Source: Candidatus Nomurabacteria bacterium (GTDB lineage: Bacteria > Patescibacteriota > Minisyncoccia > Phycocordibacterales > UBA9973). Taken from it: a stretch of DNA of 57,856 nt. Below are positions 9,863-18,780 of the stretch, one piece after another; within the stretch, counting starts at the first letter, position 1; each line of letters opens with the position of its first letter. Where the stretch lies: positions 1 to 57,856 of the forward strand of contig JANYAX010000018.1 in NCBI GenBank assembly GCA_025361085.1, in the 5' to 3' direction. The position numbers and the translations under genes are program-made. The notes below the pieces were generated by a model. That model had not been told where the DNA came from, ran no database searches, and saw nothing but the letters and a program-made list of their open reading frames with translations.

Positions 9863-10291
9863 TTATTTTCCAGAAACTAATTTTCTATCCAAATATCTTT
9901 GCAATATTAATGTTGCAGCTTGCGAATCATCTTTTTGCTCAATTATATTTTTTGTTTTTCTTGCCGAAAAAATGTTTTTGGATTTCGGAATGTTTGAATG
10001 CATACTTGTCATGAACTCTTTTTCAAAAGAAATCGGTAGGTCGAGTTCCCCTTCTAAATTTCTCTTAAACTCTTCGATACACCCCATTATCTTGTTTGGC
10101 TTGCCAGAGAGATCATGAGATTCACCAAGTACGATAGCCGAGACTTCTTCTTCTCCACAAATATTGTGAATTTTATCAACCAACTCAAGATCATTTTTAA
10201 TTACTTTATATGGGAAAGCCATCCTCCCTTCTTCGTCAGAAAGTGCCAAACCTACCCTTTTCGCCCCATAATCTATACCTAAATATCGCAT
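9863..10291 (-). CDS. ruvX: YqgF/RuvX-family nuclease
   Basis: YLGIDYGAKRVGLALSD, D.QAATLILQRYLD. Confidence 0.92.
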   Translation of the reverse strand: MRYLGIDYGAKRVGLALSDEEGRMAFPYKVIKNDLELVDKIHNICGEEEVSAIVLGESHDLSGKPNKIMGCIEEFKRNLEGELDLPISFEKEFMTSMHSNIPKSKNIFSARKTKNIIEQKDDSQAATLILQRYLDRKLVSGK

Positions 10292-10345
10292 CCCTAAAGT
10301 TTATCATAATTGCCAGAAAAAGATATTATTGATACAATATTATAT

Positions 10346-10573
10346 ATGGAAACATTTTTTCAAAATAATATATGGCTTTTTGTTATAAGTATTCTTTGGG
10401 TTCTCCCTTGGAAGGGTTACGCACTTTGGACAGCATCACGCAATGACAACAAGAGATGGTTTATCGCCCTCTTGATATTAAACACTTTTGCAATTCTAGA
10501 TATTTTTTATCTATTCTATGTTGCCAAGAAAAAACCTTCCGATTTCAAACATTTATTCAGAACAAAAATCTAA
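10346..10573 (+). CDS. Small membrane protein (DUF5652-like)
   Basis: W.LPWKGYALW.A....K.WFI..LILNT; ATG at 10346 follows TGATACAAT. Confidence 0.8.
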   Translation: METFFQNNIWLFVISILWVLPWKGYALWTASRNDNKRWFIALLILNTFAILDIFYLFYVAKKKPSDFKHLFRTKI

Positions 10574-10633
10574 AACAAAAACAAGGTAGTGCAATTTATG
10601 TTCATTTAGTAATTTTTATGGTATACTGGGCGA

Positions 10634-11113
10634 GTGAAAGAGTGTATTAGAAAGCCGAACACGGAATGTTTTATTTGTAAGACCCCTATTTATAGAAGAC
10701 CCTCCCAAATCGAGAGAAACAACGGAAGGGTTTTTTGTAAAGTTGATTGTTATGGTATATATTGCAGAAAAGAAGTTTCTTGTGTAATATGTGGGAAATT
10801 GATCTTGGCTGGTTTACATAAAAAAACTTGTAGCAGAAGTTGTGCAAACATCCAACGTGCAGGTATCAAATACAAGGTTGGTCGACCTAAAGATAAAGTA
10901 AAATCGCAGCAGGCATTGAAAATTCGCCTTTTGGAAATAAGAGGAAAGAGGTGTGAAAAATGTGATTATAAAAAATATCAAATTCTAGAAGTTCACCATA
11001 AAGATAGAAACCGAAATAATAGCAATTTAGAAAATTTATTATTAATTTGTCCAAATTGTCACGCAGAGGAACATCTTTTAGAAAAAAGTTGGTTAACAAA
11101 AAAATATAATTAA
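10634..11113 (+). CDS. HNH endonuclease with N-terminal Zn-finger repeats
   Basis: CEKC...LEVHHKDRNRNNSNLENLLLICPNCHAEEH. Confidence 0.9.
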   Translation: MKECIRKPNTECFICKTPIYRRPSQIERNNGRVFCKVDCYGIYCRKEVSCVICGKLILAGLHKKTCSRSCANIQRAGIKYKVGRPKDKVKSQQALKIRLLEIRGKRCEKCDYKKYQILEVHHKDRNRNNSNLENLLLICPNCHAEEHLLEKSWLTKKYN

Positions 11114-11130
11114 AAAGATAGTCATTACAC

Positions 11131-11218
11131 GGAGGCGTCGCATAGAGGCTTAGTGCATCGGTCTTGAAAACCGAAGTGTCGAAAGGCACCGTGAGTTCGA
11201 ATCTCACCGCCTCCGCCA
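11131..11218 (+). tRNA. tRNA-Ser(TGA)
   Basis: GGAGGCG...CGCCTCC-GCCA, TCGGT-CTTGAAA-ACCGA, long variable arm. Confidence 0.95.
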
Positions 11219-11297
11219 TTGACAGCTATCACGACATGTGTCGTCGCTAGGTATTTAGAGCTAGCAAAAAAACATTATTTTTTGTTATAATAATTAT

Positions 11298-11906
11298 ATG
11301 AAAATATTACTCGCTACAAATAATAAAGCAAAAATAGAAAGATTTAAGAGATTAATAAAAGTAATTGATTTAAATATTGAATTACTGTCTCCTTCTGAAT
11401 TAGGAATTGAAACAATTAATACAGAAGAAAGTGGTAAAACACTGATGGAAAATGCCGAATTAAAAGCCAAAGCATATTTAGGAAAAGTTAATTTTCCAAT
11501 TTTATCTAATGATACAGGATTCTATGTAGAAGGTGAAGGATTTATTGACGCTCCAAAAAGAAAAGCATTGGAGGGATTAGATGAAAACAATTTATCAGAA
11601 GAAGAAATATCAAAAAAACTTTTAAATTTCTGGAAAAACATCGCAAGTAAGTATGGAGGAGAAGTTGATGCAGCTTGGGTGGAAGCTTTTATTCTTTTGT
11701 TCCCAAACGGAGAAGTAAAAAAATCTGAATCAAGAAGAGAGGTAATTTTAACAAATAAAGAGTTTGGAACTCCGCATATTCATTTTCCAGTTAGAGCTTT
11801 ATACTATTCAAAGATAACAAATAAGCCCGCCGCACTGCATACAGAAGAAGATGAAATTATAGAATTAGGTCCAGTTATCGATGCTATGGCTAAAATTTTG
11901 AAATAG
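11298..11906 (+). CDS. HAM1/ITPase-like non-canonical purine NTP pyrophosphatase
   Basis: LLATNNKAK, EESGKTLMENAELKA, NDTGF. Confidence 0.8.
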   Translation: MKILLATNNKAKIERFKRLIKVIDLNIELLSPSELGIETINTEESGKTLMENAELKAKAYLGKVNFPILSNDTGFYVEGEGFIDAPKRKALEGLDENNLSEEEISKKLLNFWKNIASKYGGEVDAAWVEAFILLFPNGEVKKSESRREVILTNKEFGTPHIHFPVRALYYSKITNKPAALHTEEDEIIELGPVIDAMAKILK

Positions 11907-12013
11907 ACCGTTATATTAACGCATTTAGAGCTAGCCTTAAATGCGTTCGAATTTCAAATACCCCGCAGAGTCGTGCTGGGTTATTTTGCATGAGATACGT
12001 TATGGTTTATAGA

Positions 12014-12044
12014 AAAAGAAAAACCTCATTGAGGTTTTTCTTTT
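12014..12044. terminator. Bidirectional terminator-like palindrome
   Basis: AAAAGAAAAACCTCA-T-TGAGGTTTTTCTTTT between convergent genes. Confidence 0.65.
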
Positions 12045-12059
12045 AAAAATATTAAATTT

Positions 12060-12353
12060 TTAATTCGCATCTTCATTTGCACCACCATCAGTATCATTTG
12101 CTTCATTTTCTGTCTTATCATTAGCTTTAACGCTTTGCTTATCTTGAATATCTGGTTTTTCAATACCATCCTTGTCTTGAATATTATCAGTATCTAGAGG
12201 AGTTTGAATATCTCCTTGAGAAGTATTTATCACTGTTGGTGTCACAGTTCCAGTTTGAACTTGCGCTCGACTTTGAAAAGCGATAGTGCTAACACCACCA
12301 ATTATAAGACCTAAAACGGCAAGCGAAATACCTACTTTTTTATTTTTTGTCAT
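12060..12353 (-). CDS. Small exported/membrane-anchored protein with acidic low-complexity tail
   Basis: MTKNKK + hydrophobic helix + D/E/N-rich tail. Confidence 0.65.
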   Translation of the reverse strand: MTKNKKVGISLAVLGLIIGGVSTIAFQSRAQVQTGTVTPTVINTSQGDIQTPLDTDNIQDKDGIEKPDIQDKQSVKANDKTENEANDTDGGANEDAN

Positions 12354-12367
12354 AAAATAATTTATTT

Positions 12368-12583
12368 TTAAATTGTAATATCCGACCACTTAAAGTTTAA
12401 TAAACCCAAATTAGGTCGACGTAAAACCGCATTAATACGGGCTATTAATTCTCCAAAAGAAAATGGTTTTATTAAATAATCATCAGCTCCTAGATTTAAG
12501 CCAGTCATTATATCTTGCTTAGTATCTCTGGTGGTCAACATTAAAATAGGAATATTTACATTTTTTTCTCTTAGACTTTTCAT
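12368..12583 (-). pseudogene. Fragment of an OmpR-family response regulator
   Basis: PILMLT...[29 protein letters not shown]; lacks phospho-Asp half and the DNA-binding domain. Confidence 0.8.
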
Positions 12584-12682
12584 TAATGAAAAATTAGCTC
12601 TCCAATCTTTACTTGAAAATCTTAATTAATATGCTTTCAGTACTTTAATTATTTGGTTTTAAGTGTTGTGGTAAAATAAATT

Positions 12683-13108
12683 TTATTCAAAATTCACATT
12701 AAAACTATACATTCCCATACCACAAATGCCTTGAAGCGGACCGACTTTGGGAGTTCCGAGGTCAATTACTTCTTCTCCTGTGTTTTTAAGAATTTTTTGA
12801 AAACCAATAGAATTTATTCGAAGAGCTGCAGAGCAATCATAAGTGCCATTTGTTTCAACGAGAAGTTTCGTCGGGATTCCGGCTTTGGCGGTCGAGATTC
12901 TTGGGAGGTACCCGCCTTTGGCACTGATCGTGACATATTGAATACCATCTTTAATTTCGACATTGTTTAAAACCTGACCGGTGTTCTCATTGTCATTATT
13001 TGTTTTTGCATTTTTATCATCACTCTCCTTTTTGCCTCCGATAAAGATAAAACCAAGAGCGATGATAAGCCCGATTGTAATTATTATTAATGGTAATTTA
13101 TTTTTCAT
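12683..13108 (-). CDS. Cupredoxin-domain membrane-anchored protein
   Basis: N-terminal TM, YDCS, CGMGMY. Confidence 0.85.
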   Translation of the reverse strand: MKNKLPLIIITIGLIIALGFIFIGGKKESDDKNAKTNNDNENTGQVLNNVEIKDGIQYVTISAKGGYLPRISTAKAGIPTKLLVETNGTYDCSAALRINSIGFQKILKNTGEEVIDLGTPKVGPLQGICGMGMYSFNVNFE

Positions 13109-13112
13109 TTTT

Positions 13113-14132
13113 TTATAAATTAAATAAAGGTTTAATAATTCCTACTCCTGCAAGACCCGACAGAAGCGCAAACAATCCAAGCCCAATCACAACCACGCCA
13201 GCAGTTTTGAAAAACAAAGGCGCATGTTTTGAATGAGCAAAAGAAACAGAACCGAAAGATAAAATTGCGAGTACTGGCAATGTTCCAAGCGCAAATGCGA
13301 ACATTATCAGAAATCCAGATGTGAATGACCCACTAGAAAGTGCCGCTATTTGCATTGACTGTGTGAATCCGCAAGGAAGAAAGAATGTGCCAAGGCCGAT
13401 CAAAGTCGGAGCCCATGCGGTATTCTCGGCTTTTCTAAAAAACGAAAAGATTCCGCTTGGTAACGTCATTTTATTTTTCTTGAAAATTCCTACCAAATTA
13501 AGCCCGAGCAATATCATGACTGTCGAAGCCAGAAGTCCAAGTATAGCCGACAATAAAAAATTTATTCCGATAGCTTCACCAATAAAACCAAGCACCCCAC
13601 CGAGGATGGCAAAACCCCAAAGACGCCCCGCGTGAAAAAGAAATATCGGTTTTTTGGCTTTTTTACTTCCTTCATCCTGACTTACTTTAGCCGAAAGTGA
13701 AAGTATAAGGCCTCCGACAATCGCAAGACACGAAGAAAGCGACGCGATAATGCCGATCAGAAAACTTGTGACTGGAGTCGCTCCTCCACCAATACCTAGA
13801 TTCAATATCCCCGATTTTTGTAAAAGAAAAAATAACGCTAGAACGACAAGACCGATAGGTATAGCTTTCCAAAGCACGTTATTACTTTCTTCGACTTTTT
13901 CTTTTTTATCTACCGAAAGAGTGTAGCCATTCGATTCTATTTTACTATTCAAAATATCAACAATTTCTTCAGCACTTTTTTCGCTTTCTGTTTCTATTTC
14001 GACAATTTCTTTTTTTAAATTAACTTTTGCATTTCCAATAAACCCTTGCTCCCCTATAATATCTTCGAGTAAGATTTTACATGATGCACAATGCGTGCCA
14101 GACACATGAAATGTATATTTTTTATTTTCCAT
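13113..14132 (-). CDS. HMA domain + DsbD_2/TauE-like membrane protein
   Basis: GTHCASC, SSCLAIVGG, FFLPCGFTQSMQ, FALGTLP. Confidence 0.88.
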   Translation of the reverse strand: MENKKYTFHVSGTHCASCKILLEDIIGEQGFIGNAKVNLKKEIVEIETESEKSAEEIVDILNSKIESNGYTLSVDKKEKVEESNNVLWKAIPIGLVVLALFFLLQKSGILNLGIGGGATPVTSFLIGIIASLSSCLAIVGGLILSLSAKVSQDEGSKKAKKPIFLFHAGRLWGFAILGGVLGFIGEAIGINFLLSAILGLLASTVMILLGLNLVGIFKKNKMTLPSGIFSFFRKAENTAWAPTLIGLGTFFLPCGFTQSMQIAALSSGSFTSGFLIMFAFALGTLPVLAILSFGSVSFAHSKHAPLFFKTAGVVVIGLGLFALLSGLAGVGIIKPLFNL

Positions 14133-14179
14133 ATTTTATTTAGCGAAATCATACCGCGTAATCGTCCATTAGAACGCGG

Positions 14180-16471
14180 CTATAATTTTTTCACCTTAAT
14201 TCTTAATGAGTTCGACACTACCGACACCGATGACATAGCCATTGCAAACCCTGCAAACACTGGGTTTAGTAACCATCCAAATATTGGGAAAAATAATCCT
14301 GATGCGAGAGGTATGCCCACAATATTGTAGAAAAACGCCCAGAAAAGATTTTGCTTAATCCCTCGCATTGTCATTTTTGATAATCTGATTGCTTTTACGA
14401 GTTTAGAAATATCTCCATGAAGAAGAGTGATCCCCGCCGATTCGATCGCCACATCGGTTCCTGTTCCCATCGCGATTCCCACATCGGCTTGAGCAAGCGC
14501 CGGGGCGTCATTCACTCCGTCGCCTGCCATCCCCACAACCCTCCCCTTGCTTTGTAACTCTTTAATCTTTTCTAATTTATCTTTTGGCAACACGTGCGCT
14601 ACAACTTCATCGATACCAACAAGCTCGGCAATATATTTGGCTGTTTTCTCATCATCACCTGTGATCATCATCACTTTTATTCCAAGTTTATGCAGATCAT
14701 AAATTGCTTGTTTAGATTCAGTTTTGACTTCATCTGCGACCATCACAAACCCGAGAACTTCATGCTCAGTTGCAAGAATAATTGGAGTTTTTCCTTCTGC
14801 TGTATACTTTTCGATTTTGGTTCGATCAAAATTTAACTTCAACTCTTCTATGAGTTTTACGTTCCCGATAAAATATTCAACCCCACCGATCATTCCACGA
14901 ATTCCATAACCTTCGACGTTTCTGAAATTTAAAACAACTCCGATTGCGATATTTTTTTCTTTAACATAATCAATAATTGCGCGAGCAATCGGGTGTTCTG
15001 ATTTATTTTCAAGTGATGCGATTATTGAAATAAATTCAACGTCAGAAAACTTTGATGCGTTCTCTATATCTACGAGAGTCGGCTTGCCTTTGGTGATTGT
15101 TCCAGTTTTATCGACAATAACAGTATCTACTTTGTGGAGCTTCTCGAGTGTCGCTGCATCTTTAATCAATATTCCTTCTTTAGCTCCCTTACCCACCCCT
15201 ACAATAATCGCGGTTGGGGTCGCAAGCCCAAGCGCGCAAGGGCAAGCGATCACAAGCACACTCACAAACGAAACTAATCCAAACGATAATGCTTTTGCAA
15301 ACCCGAGCGTGCCAGTCCCAAGTAGTAACCAAGCGACAAGCGCCACAAAAGCTATAATAAGAACAATCGGCACGAACACAGCCGATATTCTGTCGGCAAG
15401 AGCTTGAATTGGTGCCTTACTCCCTTGTGCTTCTTCTACCATTTTTATTATTTGAGAAAGCAAAGTTTCAGAGCCAACTTTCGTCGCCTTGAAAGTGAAT
15501 GTGCCATTTGTGTTCATCGTTCCAGAAACAACAGAATCATAGATTTTCTTTTCTACTGCCATTGACTCCCCAGTGATCATTGATTCATCGACATATGAAG
15601 ACCCTTCAACAATAACTCCATCGACGGGAATTTTGGCCCCAGGTTTTACAATAATCAAATCACCATGAATGACTTGATCAATCGGGATTTCGACTTCACT
15701 CCCAGCACGAACGACTAGCGCGGTCTTCGCCCCAAGGTTTAAAAGTTTTTCGATGGCATCGCCAGTTTTAATTTTTGATCGTGCTTCCAAATATTTACCC
15801 AGAGTGATAAATGTGATAACAACAATCGTCACATCAAAATACGTTGCATCAACATTTAAAAATGCTGAAAGTGATTTTGCAAATGAAAAAATAACAAAAC
15901 TATAAAAAAAAGCCGATACTGTTCCGAGACCAATGAGCGTATCCATATTGGCTTTGCCATAACGAAGAAAACGATACAGCCCTAGCAAGTATGGCTTCCC
16001 TACTACGAACAATGTATATGTCGCCATCAGAGGCAACAAGTGACTAAATAACTGTTTCAAAGTATCGCTCATCATCGGGACGATTTTGTATAATGACAAA
16101 ATATCCCAAGCCATCACTAAAATACTTACCAATGCAAGCGGTATCGCCGAGATCAATTTCTTTTTCATATCTTTGAGTTCTTCCAGTTTTTCATTTTTCG
16201 ATTGGCCTATACCCATGTGAGCTCTGTGTTCATCTTCAGACATTCCCATACTTTCGGCTGTTTCGGTAATAAGAGAATATCCTAGGTGTTCAATTTTTTT
16301 TGATAGTTTTTCAGGGCTTGTTTTTGTCTCATCAAAAACAACTTTCGTCGTCTCGGTTCCATAATTTACTTCGGCAGAAGAAACACCTTCAGCCTTCTTG
16401 AAAGTTCTTTCGATTATCCCTGCGCACGACGCGCAGTGCATCCCTTTTATTTTGTATATTTTATTTATCAT
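14180..16471 (-). CDS. copA: Copper-translocating P1B-type ATPase
   Basis: GMHCASC, TGES, CPCALGLATP, DKTGT, SEHP, GDGVNDAP, YN and MAMSS motifs. Confidence 0.95.
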   Translation of the reverse strand: MINKIYKIKGMHCASCAGIIERTFKKAEGVSSAEVNYGTETTKVVFDETKTSPEKLSKKIEHLGYSLITETAESMGMSEDEHRAHMGIGQSKNEKLEELKDMKKKLISAIPLALVSILVMAWDILSLYKIVPMMSDTLKQLFSHLLPLMATYTLFVVGKPYLLGLYRFLRYGKANMDTLIGLGTVSAFFYSFVIFSFAKSLSAFLNVDATYFDVTIVVITFITLGKYLEARSKIKTGDAIEKLLNLGAKTALVVRAGSEVEIPIDQVIHGDLIIVKPGAKIPVDGVIVEGSSYVDESMITGESMAVEKKIYDSVVSGTMNTNGTFTFKATKVGSETLLSQIIKMVEEAQGSKAPIQALADRISAVFVPIVLIIAFVALVAWLLLGTGTLGFAKALSFGLVSFVSVLVIACPCALGLATPTAIIVGVGKGAKEGILIKDAATLEKLHKVDTVIVDKTGTITKGKPTLVDIENASKFSDVEFISIIASLENKSEHPIARAIIDYVKEKNIAIGVVLNFRNVEGYGIRGMIGGVEYFIGNVKLIEELKLNFDRTKIEKYTAEGKTPIILATEHEVLGFVMVADEVKTESKQAIYDLHKLGIKVMMITGDDEKTAKYIAELVGIDEVVAHVLPKDKLEKIKELQSKGRVVGMAGDGVNDAPALAQADVGIAMGTGTDVAIESAGITLLHGDISKLVKAIRLSKMTMRGIKQNLFWAFFYNIVGIPLASGLFFPIFGWLLNPVFAGFAMAMSSVSVVSNSLRIKVKKL

Positions 16472-16496
16472 TAGTTATATTTAATTTAAAAGCGCA

Positions 16497-16575
16497 GCAA
16501 ATTATTTTATAAAAAAATGTCTGGCACCGGCTCCCGTCCCCCTCGTCCGAGGACTTTTTTTAGAATATAATTTGC
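16497..16575. repeat. Palindromic element (AT-rich arms, GC-rich core) between csoR and copA
   Basis: GCAAATTAT...ATAATTTGC arms; core TCTGGC...CGTCCCCCTCGTCCGAGGAC resembles 45041-45071. Confidence 0.65.
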
Positions 16576-16615
16576 GAAGCGTTTGAGAAGAGCTATTTTA
16601 ATGAAAAAAATTACT

Positions 16616-16879
16616 CTACTTTCTTTTCAGACCGTAAACTTTTAATATTTCCTTTGTCGCTTTATCGGTCTGCCCCTTTTGAATTTGGTGCACTAGGCAT
16701 GTGCCTAGGTGGCTTTCCATCAAAGCATCTTCAACGCCCGACAACGCCTGCTTCACAGCCGAAGTCTGAGTGATAACGTCAATGCAATATTTATCATTTT
16801 CAATCATTTCTTGTAACCCCCTGACCTGCCCCTCAATAATCTTTAATCTACGCACTAATTTTTGTTTATTTGTGGTCAT
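16616..16879 (-). CDS. csoR: CsoR/RcnR-family metal-sensing repressor
   Basis: RLKIIEGQVRG, YCIDVITQ, HLGTC. Confidence 0.92.
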   Translation of the reverse strand: MTTNKQKLVRRLKIIEGQVRGLQEMIENDKYCIDVITQTSAVKQALSGVEDALMESHLGTCLVHQIQKGQTDKATKEILKVYGLKRK

Positions 16880-16885
16880 AATGAT

Positions 16886-16914
16886 ATGATATACCCCCTA
16901 GGGGTATATGTCAA
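16886..16914 (-). promoter_or_regulatory. csoR-copA promoter with CsoR operator in the spacer
   Basis: TTGACA-N17-TATCAT; palindrome ATATACCCC-CTA-GGGGTATAT at 16889-16909 matches the TAC(C)n..(G)nGTA CsoR operator type. Confidence 0.9.
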
Positions 16915-16959
16915 CAACTAATTGCTTTGTTTTTTTGTATTAAGTGGTAAAATATTGAT

Positions 16960-17436
16960 ATGGAAGAAATAAAAATAAATGAAATAGAGTGGTCAGTCCC
17001 TGAATACTCTCACAAAGAACGTAACAACGACTGGTTTTGGACAATCGGGCTTGTGACGTTAGTCGCTTGTGGCATTGCTATATGGTTCCACAATTTTGTA
17101 TTTGCTATATTCCTTTTGATATCAGGAGGGTGTTTGATTATGTTCACAATGCGACCTCCGCAAGATGTCACTTACATAATCGAAACAAAAGGTCTCTCAA
17201 TGGGGAAAGATTTGCATGAGTGGAAAAAAATAAAAAGTTTCAATATAAAAAATGAAGAGAAAGATGCAATGGCGAAACTTTTGATCGAAACAAGCAAACA
17301 CTTCCTCCCTATTTACACTATCCCCCTCCCCAAAGAAAATGTAGAAAAAGTAAAAGAAACACTCTTGAAAGTCACCACCCGTTCAGAAATCAACGAATCA
17401 CAATCAATGCTCTTCATGGAAAAATTAGGATTTTAA
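16960..17436 (+). CDS. Conserved two-TM hypothetical protein
   Basis: W..PEY.H.ER..DWFW, two TMs, PH-like soluble domain. Confidence 0.8.
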   Translation: MEEIKINEIEWSVPEYSHKERNNDWFWTIGLVTLVACGIAIWFHNFVFAIFLLISGGCLIMFTMRPPQDVTYIIETKGLSMGKDLHEWKKIKSFNIKNEEKDAMAKLLIETSKHFLPIYTIPLPKENVEKVKETLLKVTTRSEINESQSMLFMEKLGF

Positions 17437-17442
17437 AAAATA

Positions 17443-17478
17443 GAATTAGCCCCGCGGCCTAGGCCGTGGGGCTAATTC
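17443..17478. terminator. Hairpin between convergent genes
   Basis: GAATTAGCCCCGCGGCC-TA-GGCCGTGGGGCTAATTC. Confidence 0.7.
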
Positions 17479-17479
17479 A

Positions 17480-17905
17480 TTATAGGAATCTTGTCACGTC
17501 TGACAAAAGCGTTCCGCTATTCAAATGTTCTTGTATTGGTTTCGGTAAAATTATTATTTCATCGTTAGCCTTTGCCCAACAAATATCATTAAATTCAAAA
17601 CTGTGCGTTCCGCTCAAGTTTTTTTCATCCAAGTAATCAGCTCCATTTAAAACTTCAAAAAAGAATTCAATCAATTGGTTCTCTTCCTTTTCTACAAAAT
17701 TATTTGTAAACAACAACCTCCCTATCTGTGGTCGAACGCCCAACTCTTCAATAATTTCTCTTTCAATACATTCATGTATAGTCTCACCAAATTCCAGTTT
17801 TCCACCCGGAAGAGCGTAAAAATCATTCCCGCGCATTTTCATGACCAAAAGTTTATTTTCGTGTAAGATGATAGCCCGACAACAAACTATTATTTTTTTA
17901 TCCAT
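17480..17905 (-). CDS. NUDIX hydrolase
   Basis: LPGGKLEFGETIHECIEREIIEELG Nudix box. Confidence 0.92.
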   Translation of the reverse strand: MDKKIIVCCRAIILHENKLLVMKMRGNDFYALPGGKLEFGETIHECIEREIIEELGVRPQIGRLLFTNNFVEKEENQLIEFFFEVLNGADYLDEKNLSGTHSFEFNDICWAKANDEIIILPKPIQEHLNSGTLLSDVTRFL

Positions 17906-17906
17906 G

Positions 17907-17978
17907 TGATCCCGGTAGGAATCGAACCTACATCATAACTTCCGCAAAGTTACGTCCTATCCATTGAACGACGGGACC
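17907..17978 (-). tRNA. tRNA-Arg(GCG)
   Basis: GGTCCCG...CGGGATC-A, TAACT-TTGCGGA-AGTTA, GTAGG-TTCGATT-CCTAC. Confidence 0.92.
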
Positions 17979-18021
17979 AATACGTTATTAATCTACAATA
18001 AATAGCGCTGAATCGCAAGTT

Positions 18022-18291
18022 TTATTTCCCCTCGGCCCAGTTTTTGATTTGTTTGTAGGTGGCTTCGCCACAGATTGTTTTGCCGGTTTTTTGGTTTAAG
18101 AAAAAGGGTACTCCCCCACAAGCGTCGTCACCGATATCAAGCCCATCGAGGAGTGCGTCATTTTCTTTATTGTGCCAGACTTCTACTTTTTTTATTTCAA
18201 CTCCCTCATTTATAAGCTTATCGACGTGTTTCTCAACATCTATACAATGTGGACATTCTAACCCGTAAAAAAATAATATTTCGTTTTCCAT
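18022..18291 (-). CDS. Glutaredoxin/thioredoxin-like protein
   Basis: CPHC, CGGVPFF. Confidence 0.85.
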   Translation of the reverse strand: MENEILFFYGLECPHCIDVEKHVDKLINEGVEIKKVEVWHNKENDALLDGLDIGDDACGGVPFFLNQKTGKTICGEATYKQIKNWAEGK

Positions 18292-18312
18292 AATTTAATT
18301 ATACTATGAAAA

Positions 18313-18370
18313 TAAAAAACAACTAGGACTTACCTCGGGAGCACTTGAGGAAAGACCTAGTTGTTTTTTA
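18313..18370 (-). terminator. Long interrupted hairpin after rpsT
   Basis: TAAAAAACAACTAGG...CCTAGTTGTTTTTTA. Confidence 0.65.
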
Positions 18371-18622
18371 TTTTGTCATTTTTGAAAGTCTTGATTTTTT
18401 GCGAGAAGCAGTATTTTTCTTGATAACTCCTCTCTTTGCAGCTTTATCTATAACACTGTAAGCTTCTGGGAGTAATTTCTTTGCTTCGTCTTTATTCTTT
18501 TCTTTGACCAACTTTTCAATCTTCTTAACCGTTTCTTTTATATTCTTCTTGTTGCGATCATTGGCTGCCTTTTTGACAAGCGAACCACGTAACGCCTTTT
18601 TTGCTGATTTTGTTATTGGCAT
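18368..18622 (-). CDS. rpsT: 30S ribosomal protein S20
   Basis: MPITKSAKKALR, IDKAAKRGVIKKNTASRKKSRL. Confidence 0.96.
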   Translation of the reverse strand: MPITKSAKKALRGSLVKKAANDRNKKNIKETVKKIEKLVKEKNKDEAKKLLPEAYSVIDKAAKRGVIKKNTASRKKSRLSKMTK

Positions 18623-18694
18623 AATGTTGATATATATTTAATAATTTTTGACTGAGACTATTCTACAATACCAGAAATGGCAGAAAAAGTAAAC

Positions 18695-18762
18695 AAACCC
18701 CTCCTGCCTCCCCTTGTCAGGGGAGTTGAACCCCTCCTGATAAGGAGGGGTTGGGGAGGTTT
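18695..18762. repeat. Branched GC-rich palindromic element, same architecture as 8064-8133
   Basis: Outer AAACCCCTCC/GGGGAGGTTT enclosing CTCCCCT-TGTC-AGGGGAG and AACCCCTCCT-GATA-AGGAGGGGTT. Confidence 0.8.
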
Positions 18763-18780
18763 CCATGTTATACTATAACT

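Noticed and set aside
10574-11130. HNH inside a tRNA intron
   Set aside because: tRNA-Ser is intact and no upstream tRNA half or group I core is evident
10887-11219. 110-aa minus-strand ORF
   Set aside because: Antisense to tRNA-Ser and the HNH gene
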